DNA of 64,000 nt from IMG/VR virus record IMGVR_UViG_3300037422_000298. The stretch is one strand, 5' to 3'. Origin of the DNA: a virus. Its lineage: Duplodnaviria; Caudoviricetes. Shown piece by piece: positions 42,380-53,844 of this stretch (position 1 is the first letter of the stretch; each line of letters begins with the position of its first letter). A program made the position numbers and the translations under genes. A model generated the notes under the pieces. That model ran no database searches. It had not been told where the DNA came from and was given only the letters and a program-made list of their open reading frames with translations.

Positions 42380-42621
42380 CCAGTGGAGCCGCGGAGCGGC
42401 CGTTGGCGTCTCGCGTTGCAGAGTGAGCTGTGCGAGTGTTTCGACTGTGCGAGTCCGACGTGTGACGAGCGCTTGTGGATCGCGTACAGCGTGCTCGATC
42501 GTTTCATCTGCGCGTTGTGCGGCCATCAGGCGAGCGATCGACGTACGAACATCACGGCGTGCAAACGCCGTTGTGGGTACGTGTTCCAAGAAGATCTTCC
42601 GCGCGCTACGGTGGTCCAGCG

Positions 42622-44150
42622 ATGAGCGTTTCCAAGTGTCCACACGGCATCTTCACGCACAGCATCTCGAACCGCTGCCCGATTTGCTTCGGCGTCGACG
42701 CGTACAACAGCGACGCGATTCCGATCGTCGGCCACGGCAACGGTTGGTTGCTGCACAAAGGCGACTTGGTCTGTCCTGAGTGTGGCGGTCCGCGTACGGC
42801 AGGCTGGGGTGCGTACGACAACAGCAAGCGCAGTACGCCACCCGACCCGAAGAATCCGAACGACTGGCCGACGACGTGTTACGCCTGCACGAGCGGCAAT
42901 TCGAAGGCTGCGATCTTGAAACGTACTGCGCACGAAGCTCAGCGCGGCGTTCGCAAGACACCCGGAGCAAAGTGATGGGACGTCGAACCTACGAAGCCAA
43001 GATGATGATCGTCACGCCCGACATGGACACCGGGATGATCGTCTTCGCTAACGAACACGTGCACCGTGACATCGACGAGCTGGGCTCGCGCATGCTGGAA
43101 GACATCCTCGGCAAGCAGCAGCCACCCGATGCAGGCGTCTGGATCTGGGAAGGCAAGCAGGTTTGGTCATCAGGCTACCGCGGTCCTGACGGTGACTACG
43201 ATACCGACGTCGACTACCGCGACGGCACGTGGCGTCGTCCTACGGAGACCGAGATCGCACAGCTCGTCCGCGGCGAATCACCGTGGCCGAGGCCGCCAGC
43301 GGAGGACGCTGATGACTGAAGCAGAACGCGATCTGTTGATGATGGCCAACTACTACGAACCGGACCTCCCTCAAGCGTTGGCCAAAGCGATGGCGAGTGT
43401 CGACGTAGATCAGTTGCGAGCCCTCGCGCTCAAGTACATCAACGCGACCAAGGTGCTCGTCGACGGTGTAGACACCGTGCTGAGGCCGCGATCGTGAAGA
43501 CGTACCGCGCGATGCGCGTCACCCGAGCACCGATCTCGCCACCACTCTGCGCACAACACTTCAAAGAGACCGACGATGTGCTTCTCAAGGCGGATGACGT
43601 TGAAGTCGAAGAGCTAGACGATCCCTACTGCATCATGTGTCAGACAGCTGCTGCGCCCGACCGCACGTGCGGGAGCTGTGGCAAACCGCTCCACCCAAAC
43701 TGGCATGCGGTGTATTGCTCGAACGAGTGCGCGATCGCTGACTTGTGATAAGGTCCGCGGCTCGCATGAGCCCGGGATCTACAGTCGCAGCAGCGATCGA
43801 CGCAGATTGCGAAGCCTTGGAGCTTCTCGCCGTCGAGGTCCAGCTCAACGGCGCGACATCGCTCGCTAGCCAAGAGCTACTTGTGATACTGTCGGCGCAT
43901 GCTCGCCGCCGTGGAATTGCCCGAGAAACTCTGTGTGGTCCGCTGGACCGGACGTGTACGGCTGCACGTGGAAGTGCTGACCGTCTGCGGTATGAAGATG
44001 GACGCTGCTGATGGTGTCGTGCAGGTCCCAGACTTCATCTTCGACGGCCGACCTGTACTCAGCATCAGCGACTTCGGTGGCAAGGGACGTCGCCCGCTCA
44101 AAATCTGCGACGACTGCAAGAACGCAGTCGTCGCAGCGATCAAGGGCTAG
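42622..44150 (+). other. Small hypothetical genes (42622-42975, 42975-43319, 43312-43497, 43494-43748, 43899-44150)
   Basis: Overlap chain; several CxxC motifs. Confidence 0.5.
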
Positions 44151-44596
44151 AAGCGCCGAGCGCGACTGATCCCGAAGCCGATCGCGGCGATCCCTACAGC
44201 GATCGCGACGCCGATTCCGATCTTGGTTCCGGTCGACAGTCCCGCCTGTCCGCTCGTCACCCCCGCGCTCGTGTTGTTGACGTCCGCGACTACAGGAATG
44301 ATCTTGTCGGCAGCGCCACCCTGTTGAACAGCGAGTAGCCCGACTTCGGTGCGATCGTCAGCCGTCGCGATCGACTGTAAGAGCGTTCGAACGTCTTCGT
44401 TCGATGTCCCGTTGGCCGCTTTCGCGATGCGGTCCGCGAGCTGCGTCTTCTCGTCTTCCGTGAGGCCAAATAGATCAATGCCGCGCACACCGTTCACGCG
44501 GAATCGCGGATCGACTGGCGGCAGGATGTTCTCGACGTAGAACGGGACCACGGCGTACGGCCACGGATACGGTGCGCGAGGTTCGAGTGCGATCAT
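44147..44596 (-). CDS. C-terminally anchored membrane protein, paralog of 47254-47862
   Basis: FGLTEDEKTQLA vs FGALTEDDKNKLA; TM plus basic tail. Confidence 0.7.
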   Translation of the reverse strand: MIALEPRAPYPWPYAVVPFYVENILPPVDPRFRVNGVRGIDLFGLTEDEKTQLADRIAKAANGTSNEDVRTLLQSIATADDRTEVGLLAVQQGGAADKIIPVVADVNNTSAGVTSGQAGLSTGTKIGIGVAIAVGIAAIGFGISRARRF

Positions 44597-45603
44597 ACTG
44601 CGAGCCTTTCTCGTCGCACGTAGCGACGGCCGAATGCACTTGGATCTGGTTTCACCCACGGTGGTGGCGGTTCGTCCATGTAACGCAGGTGCATCTTGGC
44701 CGCCTTATAGGCGAGGTAGATGTCCTCTTCGGAATACCCCTCGTCGACCAGCTGATCGTGGATCTCTTTCTTGGGCACCTCATACGAGAGCGCTTGGGCG
44801 ATGCGGTTGATCAGTCGCTCGTCGACGATGCCGAGACCTCGGCGCTTTCCGAACGGTGCTTGTGCGGCGCGCCTCGCAGCACGCAGCACCAACCAGCTGA
44901 GTCCGACGAGGCCAACGACGGCAACGACGCCGATCGCGATCTTGGCGCCTGCTGACGTATCGGTCGTCAACGCATCTGGCGGCGTGGTCAGCGCGACGGC
45001 TAGCTGCTTGCCTGCGATCACGGCGCCGGGCTGCGTGAAGTGTACGCCATCGCTAGCGCGCCCCGCGACCGCGGTCAACGGTCGTGCATCGATCGTGCGA
45101 TCGGCGCCGAAGACCGTACGCAACGCGTCCAACATGATCGGCGCGCCTTGCGTGTAGCGGGCGTCTTGGTACGTCGGCGGTCCGATCGCGAAGATTTCGA
45201 CGTTACCGAGCTTGTCGCGGTACGCCTGTTTGATGCGCGTCAAGTCTTGAATCGTCCGTGCGATCGCCGCCGACGACACGCCGTTGTCGATGTCGTTGGT
45301 GGCCAACATGATCACGATCTTGGTCGGCCGAAACGCGACATCGTTGGCGATCAAGTTGCTGGCGTCTTCGTTGATGAAAAAGCTGCGAGCCGATCGTCCG
45401 ACACGTGCGTCGATGCGTACAGCTTGCGCCTGTAGATCTTCGAGCAGGTGTGCTGCCATCACCGCGCCCGGCGCCGATGACAACGCGGGCGCGGTACCAC
45501 TCCGGTCGCCCGCGCGAACATCGATGATCGTGGGGCCTGCATCGGGACCTGAGTGCGAGAGGCTGTCACCGAAGATCAAGATGCGTTCGCCTGCGACGTT
45601 CAC
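44593..45603 (-). CDS. SGNH/GDSL hydrolase with TM anchor
   Basis: IFGDSL (block I), MLATND (III), DGVH (V); TM about aa 220-240. Confidence 0.85.
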   Translation of the reverse strand: MNVAGERILIFGDSLSHSGPDAGPTIIDVRAGDRSGTAPALSSAPGAVMAAHLLEDLQAQAVRIDARVGRSARSFFINEDASNLIANDVAFRPTKIVIMLATNDIDNGVSSAAIARTIQDLTRIKQAYRDKLGNVEIFAIGPPTYQDARYTQGAPIMLDALRTVFGADRTIDARPLTAVAGRASDGVHFTQPGAVIAGKQLAVALTTPPDALTTDTSAGAKIAIGVVAVVGLVGLSWLVLRAARRAAQAPFGKRRGLGIVDERLINRIAQALSYEVPKKEIHDQLVDEGYSEEDIYLAYKAAKMHLRYMDEPPPPWVKPDPSAFGRRYVRRERLAV

Positions 45604-46550
45604 TCGTCGCTCCAGTCGCCGTCATCCCAGTCACGCCCGAGGAAACGCCCTGGGTGGCGTTTGGCGACGCGCTTGGAGACCTGCCAGGCGCCGAATGCGA
45701 GTCCGAGCAAGCTGCCGACGAGCAGCGTACCGACCAGGAACTGTTTGCCGGAGCTGGTCGGCGGCGCGCCTGGTGTGCCGCAGATCGGCAGGTTCGCGGG
45801 CCACACCGGGCGCATACTCGCGGCGACGATGCTGCCTTCGTAGACGGGATTGCCGAAGAACGTACGAGCACGCTCGATCAGTTGCTTGCCTTCGAACGAC
45901 TCAGGTTTGAAACCGAACGTGCGAAACTGCGTCGTCTTCCAGTGATCGACGCCGGGAATCGGCCCGACCCAATACTTGCCGTTCTTCGCTTCGCTCAGGA
46001 TGCGGTTCATCGGAACGGGGAAAAATTTCTTGAATTCGAGACCGTCCTGATCGTCGGCGCCGTGGTTGATGTTCTCGCTCTTGCCGCTGATCACGAGGTC
46101 CGCGAGCAGCGCAGACAGGATGCTCGGGTCGCGGCTAGTGGCCGCAAAACGACCGGTATTGCGCCCGCCAGGTACGTTGATCTCGCCGTACAGTTTCGTC
46201 GGCTGCGTGAACAGAAGCAGCCCGTTGACGTCTTGCTTGCGCCGCTTGGCTTGGTTGACCGCAACCTCGCCGACAGCGACGCGTTCTTCAGCGGTACCAC
46301 TGCCGACTTCGCTGTGGATGTAGCGCGCGAGCGTGTACATGTTCAGGTCGAGTGCTTTGCCCTTCGGCCAGAACGTCGACGCTTGCAGTTGTTTCTCGGC
46401 GCTCGCGCGCATGGTCTCGGGCGCGCATCGAATCTCGCCGGTTTCATCCGGTTTGCAGCCCGACGTCAGAATCGTCTTGTCGGCAGGGCCGCCGACCATC
46501 GGCGCGAACGTCGGGTGCCACGACGCATAGCAGTCAGGCGTTGCGGCCAT
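45600..46550 (-). CDS. SleB/Hydrolase_2-like cell-wall hydrolase with TM anchor
   Basis: TLARYIHSEVGS...RVAVGEVAVN; C-terminal TM. Confidence 0.6.
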   Translation of the reverse strand: MAATPDCYASWHPTFAPMVGGPADKTILTSGCKPDETGEIRCAPETMRASAEKQLQASTFWPKGKALDLNMYTLARYIHSEVGSGTAEERVAVGEVAVNQAKRRKQDVNGLLLFTQPTKLYGEINVPGGRNTGRFAATSRDPSILSALLADLVISGKSENINHGADDQDGLEFKKFFPVPMNRILSEAKNGKYWVGPIPGVDHWKTTQFRTFGFKPESFEGKQLIERARTFFGNPVYEGSIVAASMRPVWPANLPICGTPGAPPTSSGKQFLVGTLLVGSLLGLAFGAWQVSKRVAKRHPGRFLGRDWDDGDWSDE

Positions 46551-47250
46551 GTCTCACCCTCCGATGATGCTCGCGACGTCCGAGAGCGACTGCGGCGCGC
46601 TTCGCAAGAACCCACGCGAGCCAGCTGAGTCCGGCGAGACCTCCGACGGCGACCGTACCGATCACGATGTTGCGACCGGTCTTGCTTTCGGGCTGCGGCA
46701 CCGTCGCGAGTGGTTGCGGACGATCGCGGAACAGTGGAATACCCAGCTCGCGTGCGGTCGCGACGACTGTTGACGCATAGTTGTCGACAGGTAGCCATGG
46801 CTCGCTGGGAATGCCCGTCCCGAAGCCGAAATCGTTCGAGAAGCCTGTCGATGGTTTCCCGACGGTCTCGGTGATCGCCGGGATCAACGCCGCGGGCACG
46901 CTCAGATCGAAGTGCAGGTGCGGGCCTTCGGACAGGCCCGTGTTGCCAGACACGCCGATCTGTTGTCCCTTCGTCACGCGTTGTCCGCGCGTGACGAGCG
47001 CGCGAGATAGGTGGAGGTAGCGCGAGACGACACTGTCGTCGTGCGTCAACGCGACAAAGATTCCCGCGTCGCTTGTACCCGTCGGGTCGACGTTCCTGAC
47101 CGTACCGTTGGCGACGGCCAAGATCGGCGTGCCGACCGCGAGTGGAATGTCGAGTGCTGGATGGATTCCCGTCGAACGCATGCGCCACCCATCACCAATC
47201 GTCACGTTGACGTTGGTGGGCGCAACACGGCCGAGCGCGAGGTCGATCAT
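46534..47250 (-). CDS. M23 peptidase with TM anchor
   Basis: HPALD, RYLHL, IGVSGNTG, GPHLHF; C-terminal TM. Confidence 0.85.
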   Translation of the reverse strand: MIDLALGRVAPTNVNVTIGDGWRMRSTGIHPALDIPLAVGTPILAVANGTVRNVDPTGTSDAGIFVALTHDDSVVSRYLHLSRALVTRGQRVTKGQQIGVSGNTGLSEGPHLHFDLSVPAALIPAITETVGKPSTGFSNDFGFGTGIPSEPWLPVDNYASTVVATARELGIPLFRDRPQPLATVPQPESKTGRNIVIGTVAVGGLAGLSWLAWVLAKRAAVALGRREHHRRVRHGRNA

Positions 47251-47253
47251 GTA

Positions 47254-47862
47254 CTATCCTCGACGACGGTAACGCTTGGAGGTTGACGTGCGCCGACGGC
47301 GACGACCGAAGCCACCACGTTTGGGCTTCGCGAAGCCCTGCGCGAGCGCGATCGTCGGTGTGATGATAGGGAACAAGGCGCCCATCAACCCCCACCAGAT
47401 CGCCCAGCCAACGCTGTCGTTGCGCTTGTAGCCGTGATAGACGCTTGCCGCGAACGAGGCCGTGCTCGCGATACCCCATGCAATGCGAAACGGTGTCGGC
47501 AGCGGCTTGAAGAGCGTCTTGATTTGCGCATCACTCTGGATGTTTTGCAGGGCGGTGTTGATGCGTGTCGCGTCGCCGCCGAGCGCGATTGCTTTCACGG
47601 CGACGTCTGAGCGTTCTTGCGCGTCGGTGATCACCGCGAGGATGGGTTGGACATCGGCGCCGCTGTTGGCGGCGTTCTTGACCTGCTCCGCGAGCTTGTT
47701 TTTATCGTCTTCGGTCAGTGCACCGAACGCGCCGAAGCCGGGGATGTTGAACGGCACGTGCTGCACGAACCCGCCACCGCCTTCGACGATCGCGACGTCG
47801 TGAGGGCGCACCGGGTAGATGGTCTCGTCGCCGAGCGCAGAAGTGGCAAGTGCAGCTAGCAT
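47254..47862 (-). CDS. Membrane protein with Arg-rich tail
   Basis: Two hydrophobic segments, GGFG-RRRRR tail. Confidence 0.7.
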   Translation of the reverse strand: MLAALATSALGDETIYPVRPHDVAIVEGGGGFVQHVPFNIPGFGAFGALTEDDKNKLAEQVKNAANSGADVQPILAVITDAQERSDVAVKAIALGGDATRINTALQNIQSDAQIKTLFKPLPTPFRIAWGIASTASFAASVYHGYKRNDSVGWAIWWGLMGALFPIITPTIALAQGFAKPKRGGFGRRRRRTSTSKRYRRRG

Positions 47863-47939
47863 TTGCAGATCCTACACCGAAACAGCCGCTTGATCGCGCG
47901 AGCGATCGCGTTGTAGCGTCCGCCAAAACGGGGGAATCG

Positions 47940-48182
47940 ATGGCCAAATTCAAACCGACCGACGATCCGGTCTGGGGCTACTACGGCAAGCATCCTGCGC
48001 AGGCACGCTCGCAAGAGGAATTCACCGCGCTCGCTCGCGCGACGAAGCTGCGGACGCTGTTCGACATGTCCGAGCGCGAGATCCGCGCGCTGGAGCAGTT
48101 CTACGGCTGTCGCATCGTGCGGCCGGATCGCCCGAAGCGTGCCCGGCGATCGACTGGCGGCGCCGCCGCCGCGAGAGCTTGA
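47940..48182 (+). CDS. Hypothetical protein
   Basis: GGGGA RBS-like upstream. Confidence 0.45.
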   Translation: MAKFKPTDDPVWGYYGKHPAQARSQEEFTALARATKLRTLFDMSEREIRALEQFYGCRIVRPDRPKRARRSTGGAAAARA

Positions 48183-48266
48183 TCCCGGCCGGGATCTGCG
48201 GCTGACCGGGTCTAAATACCCGGAAATCCGCCCGAATCTGCCTTATAGAATCAGCTACTTACGAGT

Positions 48267-48288
48267 TTACTCTCGCTTTGCTGAATAA
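48267..48288. promoter_or_regulatory. Recurrent motif TTACTCTCGCTTTGCTGAATAA
   Basis: Matches 1-17 and 2539-2560; heads the + strand island. Confidence 0.55.
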
Positions 48289-48353
48289 TGGTGGCTTCCT
48301 GCGCGTCGTACCTGGCACAATTGCCAAGTAGCTCTCGCTAAGGAAAACACCCC

Positions 48354-48830
48354 ATGGCTACGCAAGACACGCAGGACGCTCCCAGGCCCGGTCGACTGAT
48401 GGACGGTGCCCAGGCGCGCAAGTTCGTTCTCGGCGGGAACGCTCGTGTGACGCTGGTCAGCGTCAAGACCGGCACGCGGTTCACGTTTCGCGTCCGTGCG
48501 AAGAACTTCCCGATCCCCAAGGGCGAGGCTGCGGCGCCGCCTTGGTTCGTGGCCCTCCTGACGGGGCGGGACAACAACTCGGACTACACGTTCCTCGGGA
48601 CGATCTTCGAGGACAACTCCTACCGTCACAGCCACAAGAGCCGCGTGACGCCGGATGCGCTGTCCGCGAAGGGTTTCGCGTGGGCCTGGGCCTACCTCGC
48701 CAAAGGCGAGCTGCCGCCCGGCTGCGAGGTGTGGCACGAGGGTACTTGTGGTCGTTGTGGGCGTGGGTTGTCGGTCCCGGAGTCGATCGCTCGCGGGCTC
48801 GGCCCCGAGTGTGCAGACGGAGGATTCTAG
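48354..48830 (+). CDS. DUF6011-like zinc-finger protein
   Basis: CGRCGRGLSVPESIARGLGPEC; AAGGA RBS. Confidence 0.75.
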   Translation: MATQDTQDAPRPGRLMDGAQARKFVLGGNARVTLVSVKTGTRFTFRVRAKNFPIPKGEAAAPPWFVALLTGRDNNSDYTFLGTIFEDNSYRHSHKSRVTPDALSAKGFAWAWAYLAKGELPPGCEVWHEGTCGRCGRGLSVPESIARGLGPECADGGF

Positions 48831-48833
48831 GTC

Positions 48834-51800
48834 ATGACGACGAAGTTCAAACACGGCACGTTGGACGAGCACCGCGGCGACGGTGGTCGTTACGTCAAAG
48901 CTGATCGGTGCGACGCCTGTGGCAAGGCGTGCAACGAAGCGACGCGGATGACCGACGACGAGGTGTGCGAAGGCTCGGACGGTCCGGGATTCTTCCTGTG
49001 CGATCGCAAGCGCTGTATGGCGAGCTACGCCGAACTGCCTGTCGAGGCGCGCCGGGAGCTGTTCACCGCGCAACGCGCGAAGAACGGGAGCTGCTAGCCA
49101 TGACGACGAAGACCAAGCTCAAGTGGCATCGCGAGGGTTACGACCGGTACGAGGATCAGTACCTCATTCCAGTCGGGCAGGAGCGCACCGAGGACGACGA
49201 TCTCAACGTCGACGCAGCGGTTGCGTGGATCAAGATCGCGTACAGCCGTGTCCGGTTCTTCAATGGACGCGGCGGTGAAGGCGAAAGCAGGCCTGATTCC
49301 TACGTCGCGTACGTGCAGGACACGGGTCGGCGCCGTCACCTCGGCCGTGCGATCGTCGAAGGTGCAACGGAAACCGCGCATGTCGGAGGGTTGTTCTCCG
49401 ACAAGATGGAGCGTTCGTTCACGACGCTGCGTGCTGCGAAGAAAGCAATCGCGGCCGAACTGGCGAAGATCGAAGCTGAGAGCGCGGCGCACTTCGGCCA
49501 CAAGGGCGGCGAGTGCGAGCGCTGCGACGCCGCTGACAAGATCATCGAGCGCTTGGCGGTCGAAGATGCGCATGGCGGCGCTTGGCAGTCGACGGACGAG
49601 CTTCCCAACGAGCTGTGTATGGATGCTGCGTCGTGCAGTGTGTGTGGCGGTCCGTTGATGCCGCTCGGCGCACTCGGGACGGTCAATCACTTCCGGTGCC
49701 GCAACTGCGGCATGGACTCGCACGCGAGGAGCGCGTCGTGAAGATCAAGCTCGATAACCTCGATCGCGACGACGGCTCCGTCATGATCACGACCGTCGAC
49801 GATCGACCGTTTCTTCTGACTGCCCTACTCGCTGAGGGCTACGACGTCGATGATTCGGAGTACGTCGAGCCAGCTCGTCCAAGGAGCGCGTCGTGATGTC
49901 GTTCTACGTTGCAGTCCCGAACGTGCATCCGATCGTGTATCAACTCGTGGACACGGTGCCCGTGTCGACCGATCGGCACCGGAACTGGCGCGGCTACGCC
50001 TTCGAGCAGACGCCCGAGTTCATCGTCCACAGCAAGATGCACGGCAGCCACGACAAGGCCAAGCCGTACGTCGTGCGCGGCGTCGACAAGAGTGGTCGAC
50101 TGCTCGTACAGACGATCGCCGAGAGCGTGACCGAGTACGACAAGATCGACACCTGGCACGAGATCGACGGCGAGTACACCGTCGAGGGCTACCGCTTCAA
50201 GCGTTACGCGCTCAAGCCGATGCTGACGCTGATCAAGCTCGGCGTGACCGCGGCGAAGACTCGTGCACGCGTCGAGAAGAAGGCCGCGAAGCAGGGCGAG
50301 CGAGACGAGAAGTGCGGTACGTGTCCGTGCTGCTTCGGTGACTACGTCGTGACGACGGCCCACCTTGCAAGGTATCGACACGTGACGACCAAGATGGTTC
50401 ACCACGGCTACGTGACGACCAAGATGGTTCACCACGGCTACGAACGGCCAGGCTACGGCTACATCGTCGGTGATTGTCACGGCGTCGGGTTCGAACCGTT
50501 CGAAGTCTCGTGTGAAGGCACGAAGTCGTGGCTCAACCAGCTTCGTGGCATCTTGAACTACCGCCGCGAGGCGCTGCGACAACTGGATCTCCACGATCAG
50601 ATCACCGTCGAGTACAAGGTTCGTCGTGGCTGGGGCGGCAAGGCGCAGCTCGAAAAGAAGATCATCAAGCGTGGCGAAGATGGCTTCAAGGAGGCCGTCG
50701 AGAATCGTCGATACGAGCTGGAACGCGACATCGAGAAGATCACGCGCGACATCGGCGAGTACGAGAAGCGAATCGCCGAATGGAAGCCGCAGCCGTGGCC
50801 TCGCGTCCAGAAGGGCAAGTGACATGTCGCAAGAGCTGTTGAACTACAAACGCGTCGATCTCATCAACTGCTCGCCGCACCAATGGTGCGAGGTGCTCGC
50901 GCTCGCGGCGAAGATCGGCGTCACCGACGCGATGGTCGGGAACAAGGAGCGTTCGCGCAAAGACCTAGCAGCGCTGCTCGCAACTGACCATCGCGTCGGT
51001 CACGCGCGTGCGCTCAAGAGCGCGTACAGCGCCGGGCGCTTTCACGTCGACGTGATGGGGAAGGACTAAATGAAGCGCGTCGACATCAAGGCAATCCTGC
51101 GCGATCCCGTGCAGCGTCGAGAGCTGTGCGTGCGAACTATCATTGCTACGCAAGCGCGCGAAGGCATCGTCACTACGCGTGCGCAGGCCGAGGCTGCGTA
51201 CGACAACGTCCAGAAGGAGCGCAAGTAACCGTGTCGAATCCAGTCCATCTGCAGCTCGAACGCGAGATCGTCAACATGATCGAGTCGACGATCGAGGACA
51301 CGCGCGTCCCGGATGCCGTTGCTGCGCACGCGGACAAACGTGCAGGTAAGCCGGTTACATCCAAGGACGCTGAGACGCTCGAAGCACAGCTCGGTATCCC
51401 CGTTCGAATTTCGAAGCGCTACGGCATGACACACGTAGCGTGGGCGAAGGGTGAACCGCCCAACCCGTGGCGGGATGAAGGCTCGATCTTGATCTCGAAC
51501 AGCGACACGGGCGTGCGCTGGCCGACCGCCGATGAACTGCGCAGGAAAGAACCAGCGCACTACGGTGCGCGCGACGAGCGCAACCAGAAGCGTCGCCAGC
51601 TTCTGCAGGAACACGTTACGATGCGCGACGCGATCGGTCGCGCAGGCGTTCCCGAGATCACCGACCAGTCGATGATCTATCGTGCCGCGCAGGCAATCGT
51701 CCAGTTTCGCGAGGCGCGCGAAGCACTTCGCAAGCTCTTCGACTACGACGAACCGTTGCACGTCGTGCGCTACAACGTCAGCCGCATGCTTGGAGTGGAT

Positions 51801-52704
51801 GTTCTATGAAAGTTCCGCTGCCAACGATCAATCTGTCTGCCGAGAACATCGTCGAGAATCGACGCATTCTCGTAGACGCTGTCAAGCAGTACAAGGGCGC
51901 GATTCAGGCATGCGAGGGCCTGCTCAAGGCCAATGCCGCGTTGTGCGAGCATCCTCAGAAGGTGAAGCACTACGATCCGGGCTACGGGGGTGGCGGCTAC
52001 TCGCACTCGGAGTGTCAAATTTGCGGCGCGCGGTTGCTGTAATGCCCAAGCTCGATTTGACCGAACAGGAAGTCCGTCGGCTCGAACAGAAGCTGCGCGG
52101 GTCGCCGGAGTATGGTCCCGACAACTTGCCGTACAAGATCTGGCGCAAAGCTGCTGACGAATGCAACAAGCTCGACGACGTCGAGTACCGTCGACTCTAC
52201 GGTGTTGGGCTGCCGTGGAACCTTCGGAAGTGACCCGATGAAGATCAGTGCAGAGGAACACGAGCACCGTATGCGCATCGGCGACGCCGAGCTAGCGCTC
52301 TCGAAAGCTGTCCTCGACATCGAGAAGAAGTACCAACTGACTGTCGACGAGCTAGCAAAGCTACTCGTTGATCGTGCATCACGAATCCTCGAAGATGGCA
52401 TCGCCATCGAGCGGGGACAGGCAAAGTGAGAAGAAAGGCCTATAGACCGCCTGGCTGGGCAGAACAGCCTGTCTCTTGGGCCTTTTCAGTGGCTTTCAAG
52501 AAGCCTCGCGGGAAGCGATTGCTTTGGATTTCAACCGACGCGCAGGATGAAGTGAAGGCCTCACGACAAGCCCAACGCTACGTCGAGGAGAACTATCCCG
52601 ACAACGAATACGGGATCAGTCGAACCTACTGGCGCCACTGGCGCGGATACAGCGAGCCGATCACGAAGGACGAATACGAGTTTGCCTTGCAGCGTCGCCG
52701 CTGA
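48834..52704 (+). other. Accessory island of hypothetical genes (48834-49097, 49100-49741, 49738-49896, 49893-50822, 50824-51069, 51070-51228, 51231-51809, 51806-52042, 52042-52233, 52238-52429, 52426-52704)
   Basis: Overlap chain. Confidence 0.55.
50380..50439 (+). repeat. Exact 30-nt in-frame tandem duplication
   Basis: ACGTGACGACCAAGATGGTTCACCACGGCT twice (VTTKMVHHGY twice). Confidence 0.95.
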
Positions 52705-52737
52705 TCTCGCCAGTGAGTGTCGCCGCCGGAGGCGGCG

Positions 52738-53052
52738 CTACTTGAGGCGGATCTCGATAGTGACGGGGCCGATGAAGCCGCTCCGGCCCTGAACTTGGAG
52801 GCGGCGGGTCTCGCCGGTCAGAAGCTGCGCTTGGACGGCATTGCGGGTATTGGGTACCGCGGCGGTGAGCTTGGTCGTCCAGTTGGCGTCGGTCGCGTTC
52901 GTCAAAAACGCCTTGATGGTCGAGTCGGCGCGACAGTCGTCGGCCATCTCTTGCTGCGTACGAGAGGTGGTCGTGTCGCCTTGCCCATCGCTGATCCATT
53001 GGTACTGCAGCGCGTTCGGCAACGTAGCTTTGAGTTCGAGTGCAGCAGCCAT
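52738..53052 (-). CDS. Hypothetical protein
   Basis: Clean ORF continuing the - strand module. Confidence 0.55.
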   Translation of the reverse strand: MAAALELKATLPNALQYQWISDGQGDTTTSRTQQEMADDCRADSTIKAFLTNATDANWTTKLTAAVPNTRNAVQAQLLTGETRRLQVQGRSGFIGPVTIEIRLK

Positions 53053-53061
53053 ATCGCCAGC

Positions 53062-53331
53062 TTAACACTCCGGCGGCGCGGCTGCGACGATCGCCTGGCC
53101 AACGGCGCCGACGCCGACGATGCTAAGACCGATCACGAGGGGCGCTTTGCTGTCTTTGTTGCTGCTGGTGACCCGCAACAGACCGCCGAGAATGGCGCCC
53201 CCAACAAGTCCAACGATGGCGCCGAGCGCTGCGCCTTCGACAGCTCGTGATGCGCGAGACTGCGGTCGGCAGCTCTGTTCGTCAGCGTGCGGTTCGCAGT
53301 GTCGCGCGAGCGATCGTCGTCGATGGCGCAT
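53062..53331 (-). CDS. Small two-TM (glycine-zipper) protein
   Basis: GAALGAIVGLVGG; ends PEC like its upstream neighbour. Confidence 0.55.
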   Translation of the reverse strand: MRHRRRSLARHCEPHADEQSCRPQSRASRAVEGAALGAIVGLVGGAILGGLLRVTSSNKDSKAPLVIGLSIVGVGAVGQAIVAAAPPEC

Positions 53332-53807
53332 CAGCACTCCGGCTTGTGCGCGCCAACGGCCAGTCCGGCGATGGCGCCGACGACCGTGATGCCGCTGGCG
53401 ACAACGGCCATGTTTCGGAAGCGTTTGACGGCCTCGACAGGCGCGGTCACGCTGGTTTGCGTTGTCACGACGGCGAGCGCGACACCCCCGCCAATCATGC
53501 CGCCGAGAAGGGTACCGATCAGAAACCCGACGCTGCCGCGCACCCAGCGCGGACTGTCCGAACAGGCGGCGTCTCCGAAACCGTTCTGCTTTAACAGAAG
53601 TTGTTCGTGTCTTACTCCCGTTCGTCGAATGTAGTAAGGACGACCCTTGTTTTCGCACAGGTGATCGAGAGCAATTTCACGTGCGATTCCTCGATCACGC
53701 GTGTGCTCCATTTCGACGTCTGTCCCCAACTTGAGTTGAGCAGGATCGACATCCTTGGCCGTGCAGCCATGCCGTCGAGCGTAGCCGTTGGGTATACGGT
53801 AGCGCAT
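53331..53807 (-). CDS. DUF5661-like domain plus two TM helices
   Basis: LKLGTDVEMEHT...IAREIALDHL.E...YY, then GFG and TMs. Confidence 0.65.
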   Translation of the reverse strand: MRYRIPNGYARRHGCTAKDVDPAQLKLGTDVEMEHTRDRGIAREIALDHLCENKGRPYYIRRTGVRHEQLLLKQNGFGDAACSDSPRWVRGSVGFLIGTLLGGMIGGGVALAVVTTQTSVTAPVEAVKRFRNMAVVASGITVVGAIAGLAVGAHKPEC

Positions 53808-53844
53808 GCCTCGACGATACCACAGGCGATCGCGGGAGCGATCG

